Positions 18,059 through 27,195 of a DNA stretch of 64,000 bases are shown here, piece by piece. Origin of the DNA: an uncultured Acidobacteriota bacterium (GTDB lineage Bacteria; Acidobacteriota; UBA6911); assembly GCA_963843575.1 (NCBI GenBank), contig CAWJKZ010000025.1:128001-192000 (forward strand), given 5' to 3'. The notes below the pieces were generated by a model. It was not told where the DNA came from. It saw only the letters and a list, made by a program, of their open reading frames with translations, and did no database searches. The position numbers and the translations under genes are program-made. Each line of letters opens with the position of its first letter. Position 1 is the stretch's first letter.

Positions 18059-19480
18059 TCAGTGGGCTATCTTGGGCCAGTACCGCTCGTATTGGAAGTT
18101 GGGGGAGTTTTCGGGCGTGTGGCACCTCGGGCAGAACTCCTTCTTCACCGGGCGCCTGACTTGCTGGAGCACGCCGAGACCGGGATGTATTGTCTGCGGG
18201 CTGCGCGCGTGGTCCACTGACTCACCGTGGCAGGCCTCGCATTGCACACTCGCCAGCTTGGGCGTGCGCAGCATGTTGACAAAGCCGCGGTCGGAGCCGA
18301 ATCCCGTCACGTGGCAGGAAACGCAGTCCTGGTTAAACTGGTTTCCGGCGCGCACAAGCGTCTCGATCGCGCGGGCGTGGCGGCTTTTCTGCCAAACCGT
18401 ATAAGCCTTTTCATGGCAAATTTTGCAGGCATCCGCGCCGGCAAAGAGCGAGCGGGCCGTGACCTGAGGACTCTTGCGGGCCTCCTCCTCCTGCAGCCGC
18501 GACAAGTCGCGCCTGGCCTTGTCGACCACAGACACCAGTCCAGGCGCGTCGGGCACCAGCGACGGGAGAAGTATCATCTCGTTTTTCGAGGTCGTGATAC
18601 GTCCGCCACCATCCCAAGCGACCTCAAGAACCCCAAGCCCGATCCCGGAGTGTGCCGATTCCACGACAACAGTGTTGCCTAACCGGGGCAACTCCCGCCC
18701 GTCGCTCACGGAACTGCCGTTTATGATAACGTCCACCGCCGGGAATGCCTGCGCCAGCGCGGTCAGGTCCGGGTCCCGCATGCGCGCCAGAACCACGACC
18801 AGGTCGGCCCGCTTTTCTACCTCGGGCAGGACGCGCTTCAAGGCCGCCGCAGGATCCTGCATGGGAATCTCCCCGGCCGCCGACGCGTCCCCGGCGACAC
18901 CAAGCACCCCGACGCGGATCTCCACCCCACCCGACGCCGGCTGCAGCGCGAACACCGAGTAGGGGACCGTGGGAAACTGCAGCGACGACGTCCCCTGTAG
19001 GGCCGTGGCGATATACCGGCTGCGGAGCTCCGCCGGGATCAGTCCGAGCCCCTGAAGGCGTTCCAGGCGGCGGAGGTCCGGCTCGGTGGTATTGACCGCG
19101 TCCACGCCGAGCGCGTCGAAGGCCTCCAGAACCCAGCGGTTCGATGGATCGTCCAGGTTGTCGGTCTGGCGCAGGGCGTTTCCGGTTTCCACAACGAGCA
19201 CGGGAACATCTTGATGTTTGCGCTTCACGTCCGCTAGAAGCGTGGCCCGCCGGGCCACGCCGCCCATGGCGGGCTGCGTTCAGCCACAGGGGTCGAGGTT
19301 CCCCTTGAGGTCCCCGGCATAGGCGATCACGACCTTGCCGGGACGGCCCGGGTTGTCTCCAGCCGTGCCCGCACCCCCCTTCCAATGACCGTCCGACTGC
19401 GTGAACCGGAGATAGCCCATGAGAGCAGCGAAAGCCAGCGCAATCGCAAGGAATCCGTACACGGCAATTTTCGACTTCAT
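18059..19480 (-). CDS. Putative selenoprotein: membrane-anchored UshA-like domain plus tetraheme cytochrome c (c554-like); Sec at UGA 19280-19282
   Basis: ORFs 19280..19480 and 18059..19267 share a frame and are separated only by TGA: GNLDPCG-U-TQPAMGGVARR. Four CxxCH motifs (CKICH, CVSCH, CEACH, CPRCH); N-terminal hydrophobic anchor; SECIS-like stem downstream of the UGA. Confidence 0.85.
19240..19260 (-). promoter_or_regulatory. Putative bacterial SECIS hairpin
   Basis: mRNA GCGUGGCCC-GGC-GGGCCACGC, a perfect 9-bp stem starting 19 nt after the UGA, with a G-initiated apical loop 28 nt from the UGA. Confidence 0.7.
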
Positions 19481-19589
19481 ACCTGCCCCGGAGGAGTTTT
19501 CTGAATCGCGGGATTGTATAACGAACCGGGGGCCGAACCGGAGACTTTTGCGCCGGCACGAGCCCGATTGCCGTCGTCGCGTGAACCGG

Positions 19590-20553
19590 CTACAGGTCGG
19601 AGCCGTAGGCCCAGAGCGCGGGTACGCCCCCGGTATGCCAGAACAGGATCTGCTCGCCCCGGGCGATCACGCCGCGCCGGATCAGGTCGATCATGCCCGC
19701 AGCCGCCCGTCCGGTGTATACCGGGTCGAGCAGGATGCCTTCGGTGCGGGCGAACAAATGAATGGCCTCGCGTTCCGGCTCGCCCACGATGCCGTACCCG
19801 GCCCCGAGATGGTCGGCGTCGACACAGACATCCTGCGGCCGGAAATCGTGAGCCAGGCCCAGCAGGCGGGCGGTCCCCGCGGCAATTTCCACCACCATCC
19901 CCTGCAGCGCCGCCAGCCGGCTCGTCGATGCTGATTCCCAGCACCTGGCCACCGAACCCTGTCACCGCAACCCCCACCATCATGCCGGCGTGAGTTCCGC
20001 CGGAACTGGAAGCAAAGACGACCCGGTCGAACTCGACCGGCGCCTGTGCGGCTAACTCCTCCATCGCCAGGACGTAGCCCACTGCACCGAGAGGCGTCGA
20101 GCCGCCGAGCGGCACCCCGTAGGGCTTGGCACCCGAGGCCCGCTCCTCCTCCAGCACCACCTCCATTACCTCTTCCCGCGACCGGCTTCCCGACCAGCGC
20201 ACGTCGGCGCCCAGCAGCCGGTTCAACAGAAGGTTCCCTGTCTGCTCCCGTGGTGGATCGCCTCGCAGGACCAGGATGCAGCGCATGCCGCCGCGGGCGG
20301 CTGCCGCCGCCGTCTGCCGACAGTGATTGGACTGCGCCGCCCCGACCGTCACCAGCGTGTCCGCGGCCTGCGCAAGCGCGTCGCCGACCAGGAATTCGAG
20401 CTTGCGAGCCTTGTTTCCACCACCCGCCAGGCCGGTCATATCGTCGCGCTTGATGAAAATCCGCGGACCGTCCAGCGCCGACGAGAGATGCGGCAGCGCT
20501 TCAATGGGGGTCGGCAGATGGGCGAGCGCAAATCTCGGAATCGCCAGCTGCAT
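19590..20553 (-). CDS. dcyD: D-cysteine desulfhydrase family PLP enzyme; frameshifted near 19920
   Basis: PTPIE, IKRDD, GGNKARKLEFL, QSNHCR, SSSGGTHAG; the C-terminal frame has GAGYG, EGILLDPVYTGRA, FWHTGG. Thr at both diagnostic positions favours desulfhydrase over ACC deaminase. Confidence 0.85.
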
Positions 20554-20765
20554 GTGCGTCCTCCAGGGGCGCCATCATACTACGGAAGCCCTCTGATAAG
20601 ACGCCAGCCAGAACATAACCGGGAGACGCGTCCCCGCCCGACAAGCTGCGGCAGCACTGTCGGCCAGGGAGGACCACGTCGAAGCCGCCGCAGCCTACTT
20701 GACACGGCTTGCACCAAGAGAGACAATGACTGGTTACCTATAATATTTGACCGATATACGACTAT

Positions 20766-20784
20766 TATGAAGTGGACTTTCATA
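20766..20784. promoter_or_regulatory. Candidate metal-regulator operator before feoB
   Basis: TATGAA-N7-TTCATA inverted repeat abutting the feoB start, downstream of TATAAT (20739-20744) in an AT-rich patch; a DtxR-family gene is in the same cluster. Confidence 0.35.
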
Positions 20785-23058
20785 TGAGTTCGGCCTTGAC
20801 CGAGCTGCAGTTGCCGGCCCGCGGGACCGCCAGGAAGATCGTTCTGGTCGGGAACCCGAACGTGGGCAAATCGGTGATCTTCAGGCTCTTGACCGGATCG
20901 TACGTAATGGTTTCTAACTTCCCGGGAACCACGGTCGAGATTTCGCGCGGGCGGCTTCAGCTGGGGGGCGTCCATTACGAGGTTGTGGACACGCCGGGGA
21001 TTTACAGCTGCGTTCCCCAATCGGAGGACGAGAAGGTCACCTGCGAAATCCTGTTGCGGGAGGCGCCCGACCTTGTGATCCAGGTGGCGGATGCGAAGAA
21101 CCTGCGACGGACGCTCCTCATCACGTCACAGCTGGTCGAGTTCGGTTTCCCGATAGTCCTTGTGTTGAACATGATGGACGAAGCCGAGGAGCGTGGGATC
21201 GCCATCGACGTGAACGGCCTGGCCGAGCTCTTTGCCGCCCCGGTGGTCGAGACCGTGGCGATCTACTCCAGGGGGCGCAAGAAGCTTTTGCAGGCGATAC
21301 AGGAAGCCCGTCGGCCGGTCAATCCGCTCCGGTTGACGGAGCTGCTGCCCAGGACAGGGGGCTCCGGCGGGGGATGGGAGGAGGGCATTCCCGGCCGCAC
21401 TCGCCGCGGAGTGGCTGGGGCTCGACGACCGGAGTTTCACGCAGCAGGTGGAGGCGTCGCTGGGGGAGCCTCTGGTAGGCGGGTTGCGGGAGGCCTGCGT
21501 CGCGCACAGGGCGATGCACCACCGGTCGCTTCCGGCTGAGATAGCGGACACCCGGGGCCGGTTTTTGGACCAGGCGGTCCACCGGCTGCGGTCGCGGCGG
21601 GAAGTTCGGTTTTCGGACGCGTCGGCCGCGCGCTCGCGTCTTTGGCTGGGACTGCTGGTAGCCGGCCTGGTGCTGTTCGGCTGGAACGAGGTGGGCGGCC
21701 TGTTCGGCGCGTGGACGCCGTTCGGCGCCGCATACGGGAGCGCGGCGGCCGCTCTCGACCGCCTGCCCGGTCCGGCCTTCCTGCGTGAGCTCCTGGTAGG
21801 AGATCCGGCTGCGAGCCGCTACCGTTACGGACTCATCCCGGAGTTGATACACCTGCTCATGTTCGTCCTCCCGGTGGTCGTGCCGTTTGGGGTTCTGCTG
21901 GCCCGCGACCGCAGCTTCGCCCATGAAATCGGGATCCTCACCCGGCGACCGGCGACCGGGATCCCGCTCCTGATGGTCGTGCTGGTCTTGGTGTTCGAGT
22001 TCGTCGGGTACACCGGGGCGCAAGCGCTCGTGGGGCTGCTGGAAAAGACGCTATTCGGCAACTATCTCGTCCCCGCGCTCCGGGAGGTGGCGCCCCGGGG
22101 TTTTGTGGGGGATCTCCTGTTAGGGCGGTATGGCGTGGTGTCGATGGGGCTGACGTACGCGCTGGCCATCGTGCTGCCGGTTGTCGCGACCTTTTTTATC
22201 GCCTTCGGGCTGCTCGAGGACAGCGGTTATCTGCCCCGCCTCTCCATCCTGTCGGACCGGATCATGCGTTCGATGGGACTTAACGGGAAGGCGACGCTTC
22301 CGATGGTGCTGGGCCTGGGCTGCTGCACCATGGCGACGATGACGACCCGGATCCTGAACTCGCCCAAGGAGCGTCTGATCGCGACGCTCCTGCTTGCGCT
22401 CGGCATCCCATGCTCGGCACAGCTCGGCGTGATCCTCGGGATGTCGGCCGCGTTCTCGTCCAAGGCTACGCTCGTGGTCGTCGGGGTGGTCTTGTCCCAG
22501 CTCTTCCTGGTTGGCTTTCTGGCGTCGCGCCTCGTGCGCGGCAAGTGCAGCGAGTTTATCTTCGAGATCCCGCCGATCCGCGTGCCGCAGTTGCGGAACG
22601 TGGTGCTGAAGACAGGCCACAGGATCCGCTGGTATCTCCAGGAGGCGGTCCCGCTTTTCATCTATGGCACGCTGGCGCTGTTCGTCCTCGACAGGGTTCG
22701 TGTGCGGGGAAGCAGCCTCTTGATTTGGATTCAAAAGGCGCTGGAGCCGGTGATCAGCGGTATCCTGCACCTGCCGCCCGAGGCTGCGGGCGTGTTCGTC
22801 CTGGGATTTCTCCGGAGGGATTACGGAGCCGCCGGGTTGTTCGACATGTCGGCGAAGGGGCTCCTGTCGGGCCAGCAGGCGGTGGTCAGCCTTATCGTAA
22901 TCACCTTGTTCGTCCCCTGCCTTGCGAGCTTTCTGGTTATCGTCAAAGAACACGGCCCTAAACGTGCCTTGGCGATCACGGGCTTCATCGTTCCATTTGC
23001 GATTGGCGTCGGCGGGGTCGTGAGCTGGATCCTGAGGACGTTCAACGTGCAGTTCTGA
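20784..23058 (+). CDS. feoB: Ferrous iron transporter FeoB; frameshifted near 21390
   Basis: G-domain GNPNVGKS, NFPGTT, DTPG, NMMD; membrane domain LEDSGYLPR, GLGC, IPCSAQL, FIFEIP, LFVPCLAS. Extra C in a C run. Confidence 0.92.
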
Positions 23059-23072
23059 CCAGGTCGTCCTTA

Positions 23073-23249
23073 GGGTTCGCGCCAGAATAGGTTCACATTT
23101 TGGCGCGAGCGCCGGGCGGGCAGATGCAAGGCGCCGCGACGCAGGCGATGTGGGGACATCGTCGAGGAGCGGCAACGCCGCATCTGCCCGCCCGCCGCCG
23201 CGCCCCGGAGGGCTGACGGCTCCGTTATGAAATTATTCTCGCGCGAGCC
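23073..23249. mobile_element. MITE copy 2 (inverted relative to copy 1, shorter)
   Basis: Reverse complement aligns to 14813-15052 but lacks a ~62-bp internal segment; TTA on both flanks. Confidence 0.85.
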
Positions 23250-23267
23250 TTAGATCGGAGACAAACT

Positions 23268-23930
23268 ATGCAGGTGACCGAAGAGCGTGTCCCGGAAGAA
23301 ATCGCCGAGGTCCTCGAGACCATGTGGACGCTCGAGGAACGTCGCGAGGTGTCGTTCGCCAACCTGGAGAGGGACGCCGCCATACAGGTGGGTGCGGAGT
23401 TGCTGGAAGCCTTACGCGTGCGTCAGCTCATCGCGCTGGGAGAGGACGGGCCGAAGCTCCTGCCCCAGGGCCGGAAAATCGCCGAGCAGATCATCCGCAG
23501 GCACCGTCTTGCCGAGAGGCTGGTGTGCGACGTTCTCGGGTCGCACGTGGACGACAGCGAAGCGGCCGCCTGCGAATTCGAGCACCTGATCGCCGAAGGG
23601 ATCACGAGTTCCATATGCACCTTGCTGGGACACCCGCGCTTCTGCCCCCACAATCGCCCGATACCCGAGGGAGACTGCTGCAGGGCGGCGACCGAGGCGC
23701 TCAAACCGATCGTCGTCTCGTGCGACCAGCTGGGGATCGGGCAATCCGGGCGCGTCGCCTACCTCGCCACCCGGGAACACTCGCGCCTGCTGCGGCTCTC
23801 CGCGCTCGGGATCACCCCTGGCGTTCAGCTGAAGCTGCTGCAGCAGTGGCCGAGCTTTGTCGTGCAGTGCGACGAGACCGAGATTGCGCTGGAGGGCGAA
23901 GTGGCCCGGTGCATCTACCTCTGGCACTGA
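23268..23930 (+). CDS. DtxR/MntR-family metal-dependent regulator with C-terminal FeoA domain
   Basis: IIRRHRLAERL, ACEFEH, LGHPRFCPHNRPIP; SH3-like FeoA tail (RLSALGITPG). Confidence 0.92.
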   Translation: MQVTEERVPEEIAEVLETMWTLEERREVSFANLERDAAIQVGAELLEALRVRQLIALGEDGPKLLPQGRKIAEQIIRRHRLAERLVCDVLGSHVDDSEAAACEFEHLIAEGITSSICTLLGHPRFCPHNRPIPEGDCCRAATEALKPIVVSCDQLGIGQSGRVAYLATREHSRLLRLSALGITPGVQLKLLQQWPSFVVQCDETEIALEGEVARCIYLWH

Positions 23931-23965
23931 TACCTTGACGTGAGTGTCGACGCACCCCACATCCG

Positions 23966-26596
23966 CTACAACTTCACGTTGCGCAGGCGGAGCGCGTTTC
24001 CGATCACCGACACCGAGCTGAAAGTCATGGCCGCGCTGGCAATCATGGGGCTCAGGAGGACGCCGAGCACCGGGTAGAGGACCCCGGCCGCCACCGGGAT
24101 ACCAAGGGCGTTGTACACAAACGCGAAAAAGAGGTTCTGACGGATGTTGCGCATGGTGGCGCGGCTGAGGAGATAAGCACGCGCGATCCCGCGCAGGTCG
24201 CCCCGCACGAGCGTCACGCCGGCGCTCTGGATCGCGACGTCGGTGCCGGTACCCATCGCGATGCCGACGTCCGCCTGGGCCAGCGCCGGTGCGTCGTTGA
24301 TCCCGTCCCCGGCCATCGCGACGATCCGGCCTGTCGACTGCAGCCGTTTTATCGCCTCGGCTTTCTGGTGCGGCAGCACCTCGGCAATCACCTCGTCGAT
24401 GCCGAGTTTGCGCGCCACGATGTCGGCCGTGGTTCGACCGTCCCCCGTAAGCATGACGAGGCGGGTTCCCTGCCCGTGGAGGAGGCGGATCGCCTCGAGG
24501 GTCGACGGTTTGATCGGGTCCGAGATGCCGAGCAAGCCTGCGGGGGCGCCATCGACGGCCAGCAGCACGACGGTCTCGCCCTGCTGCCGCAGTCGTTCGA
24601 CCCGGCCGTCCCGGTCCGGCCAGTCGATGGACAGCTCCTGCATCAGCGCGCGGTTGCCGAGGGCGACAGGGCGGCCCGCGACGCTCCCGGTCACGCCCTT
24701 GCCTGTATTCGAACGGAATCCGCTCGACTCGGTGAGTTTGATCCCGCGCTCCGCCGCGATCCCGACGATGGCCGCGGCCAGCGGGTGCTCGCTGCCGCGT
24801 TCCAGGCTCGCGGCGAAGCCCAGCACGTCGACCTCGCTCCAGGGATCGAGCGCCGCAACCGACGAGACGCGCGGTTTCCCCACCGTCAGGGTGCCCGTCT
24901 TGTCGACCACGACCGTGTCGACTCTTTCGAGGGTTTCGAGCGCCTCCGCGTTCTTGATGAGCACGCCGGAGGTCGCTCCCCGCCCTGTGCCTACCATGAT
25001 GGACATCGGTGTGGCCAGGCCGAGGGCACATGGGCAGGCGATGATCAGCACGGAGACGGAACTGAGGAGCGCGTAGGCGAAGCGCGGTTCGGGGCCAAAC
25101 ACCATCCACGCGGCGAAGGTCGACACCGAGATCAGGACGACCGCAGGGACGAAATACCCGGCCACGCGGTCGGCCAGCCGCTGTATGGGCGCACGGCTGC
25201 GCTGCGCCTCGCTGACGAGCCGGACAATCCGCGCCACGAGGGTGTCGGCGCCGACGCGTTCGGCGCGCATGACTAAGCTGCCGGTGCCGTTGACCGTTCC
25301 GCCCGTTATCCGCGACCGGCTGGTCTTCTCGACCGGGATCGGCTCGCCCGTCAGCATCGACTCGTCCACCGAGCTCGCCCCTTCGACGACCACGCCGTCA
25401 ACGGGGATTTTCTCGCCGGGACGCACGCGCAGGATGTCGCCGGGGTGCACCTGGTCGAGCGGCACGTCCCCTTCGCTTCCATCCGGGCGCAGAAGACGAG
25501 CCGTCGGGGGCACGAGCCCGAGCAGGGCGCGCAGCGCGCTGCTGGTGCGGCCTCGTGCCCGCAACTCCAGGACTTGCCCCAGCAAAACCAGCGTCGTGAT
25601 CACGGCTGCCGCTTCGAAATAAACCTCCGGCATCCCGCCGTGCCCCAGCAGCGATTGAGGCAGAAACCCGGCGAACAGCGTGGCCACCACGCTGTACCCG
25701 TAGGCGGTTCCCGTACCGATGGCGATCAGGGTGAACATGTTGAGGCTGCGGTTGACGACGGAGGTCCATCCGCGCACAAAAAAAGGCCAGCCGCACCAGA
25801 GCACCACCGGGGTGGACAGGGCAAATTCCACCCACCTGAGGCCGCGCGCGGACAGCAGCGAGTGCAGCCGCAGCCCCGGAAACATCCCCGCCATCGTTAT
25901 GACGAGCACCGGGAGTGAAAGCACGGCGCTGACATAGAACCGGCGCGCCAGGTCGGCCAGCTCGGGATTTGCCTCCTCTCCCGGCGTCACGAGACGCGGC
26001 TCCAGGGCCATCCCGCACTTCGGGCAGGAACCAGGCTGGTCGCGGACAATCTCCGGGTGCATCGGACAGGTCCACCGGGTTCTGGCCACGACCGGCAACT
26101 CCGGCTCCAGGGCCATCCCGCACTTCGGGCACGCCCCGGGCCCCTCCTGCCGCACCTCCTCGTCCATCGGGCAGACGTAGGCCGTGGCTCGCGCTTCGAC
26201 GGGCGCCCGGGCCGAGCGCGGGGCTGGCGGCGGCGAGGGAAGCACCTGAAACAAACCGCCCATGTGACGGGCCGGGTCGGCCTTGAATTTGTCGAGGCAG
26301 GAGTGGCTGCAGAAGTAATAGAGCCTCCCGGCGTGTTCGTACATCCCTGCCGCCTTCGACGGCTCGACGCTCATGCCGCAGACCGGATCCTTCGCCTGCG
26401 CGGGAGCTCCGGCGCCGGAGACCGACGGCCGAGGGGAGAGGTATCTCGCAGGATCCGCCACGAATCGCTCCCGGCACCGGACGTTGCAGAAATAATAAGT
26501 GGCCCCGCCATGTTCGGCCGTACCCGCCGACTTCGAGGGATCCACCGTCATGCCGCACACGGGGTCCAACACCCGTTCCGCTTTTCCCTGGCTCAT
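23966..26596 (-). CDS. copA: Cu(I)-translocating P1B-type ATPase with two YHS and two CPM(H/D) metal-binding domains
   Basis: DPVCGM x2, CPMD and [33 protein letters not shown] and MTFSS signatures. Confidence 0.95.
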   Translation of the reverse strand: MSQGKAERVLDPVCGMTVDPSKSAGTAEHGGATYYFCNVRCRERFVADPARYLSPRPSVSGAGAPAQAKDPVCGMSVEPSKAAGMYEHAGRLYYFCSHSCLDKFKADPARHMGGLFQVLPSPPPAPRSARAPVEARATAYVCPMDEEVRQEGPGACPKCGMALEPELPVVARTRWTCPMHPEIVRDQPGSCPKCGMALEPRLVTPGEEANPELADLARRFYVSAVLSLPVLVITMAGMFPGLRLHSLLSARGLRWVEFALSTPVVLWCGWPFFVRGWTSVVNRSLNMFTLIAIGTGTAYGYSVVATLFAGFLPQSLLGHGGMPEVYFEAAAVITTLVLLGQVLELRARGRTSSALRALLGLVPPTARLLRPDGSEGDVPLDQVHPGDILRVRPGEKIPVDGVVVEGASSVDESMLTGEPIPVEKTSRSRITGGTVNGTGSLVMRAERVGADTLVARIVRLVSEAQRSRAPIQRLADRVAGYFVPAVVLISVSTFAAWMVFGPEPRFAYALLSSVSVLIIACPCALGLATPMSIMVGTGRGATSGVLIKNAEALETLERVDTVVVDKTGTLTVGKPRVSSVAALDPWSEVDVLGFAASLERGSEHPLAAAIVGIAAERGIKLTESSGFRSNTGKGVTGSVAGRPVALGNRALMQELSIDWPDRDGRVERLRQQGETVVLLAVDGAPAGLLGISDPIKPSTLEAIRLLHGQGTRLVMLTGDGRTTADIVARKLGIDEVIAEVLPHQKAEAIKRLQSTGRIVAMAGDGINDAPALAQADVGIAMGTGTDVAIQSAGVTLVRGDLRGIARAYLLSRATMRNIRQNLFFAFVYNALGIPVAAGVLYPVLGVLLSPMIASAAMTFSSVSVIGNALRLRNVKL

Positions 26597-27025
26597 CCGC
26601 GTCGCTCTCCGCTCCGGCTTATACGAGTCGTGATTAATTATACCGTTGTCCCAGGCTCGACACTCAGGCCACCCGCATTCCAGGTTACACTAATTTTCTG
26701 AGTGCTTTTCGTTTCCCTCCGGGACACGACTGACGCTAGAATAGGCTTCGTCGCGAAACTCAAAACGGAGCGCGAGCGTAATTCTGACCCGGGAGAACCA
26801 TGGGGCCGGCTTGCGCCGGCCAGCGTTACCTGAACGCCGGGTCATGCCAGCTCCCTCATTCCCCACAGCAAGAGATGGTCTTTGTACCGCGGGCGGGCTG
26901 AAAGCTTGCACACGGGCGGTGGAGCGGGGAACCTGTGAACCCGGCCGTCTCGCCTGGCATCCAATTGAATAGAGATGGACGAGCAGCCGTTGGCAGCTCT
27001 TACCGGTCACAGGCAGGGGGAATCA

Positions 27026-27172
27026 ATGGTTGGAATCTTGCTGACGCTCTTGGCCGCCCTGGTGGTCATCATCCTCGCTTTCTGCTACTCCGACGAAGAT
27101 TCCCGGAGTCGCGAGCGTGTCACCGACCTGCTTGTCCGCGCTCCATCGCGCTCCCCGAGAAAGAAGGACTGA
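27026..27172 (+). CDS. Putative 48-aa single-TM small protein
   Basis: GGGGGAA RBS-like run; MVGILLTLLAALVVIILAFC hydrophobic segment followed by a charged tail. Confidence 0.4.
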   Translation: MVGILLTLLAALVVIILAFCYSDEDSRSRERVTDLLVRAPSRSPRKKD

Positions 27173-27195
27173 TACCGGGGCGGCGACCCGTCCGT

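Noticed and set aside
21350-21400. Programmed or phase-variable frameshift in feoB and the other split genes
   Set aside because: No canonical slippery heptamer or long simple repeat; many unrelated housekeeping genes show the same pattern, so sequencing error is more parsimonious.
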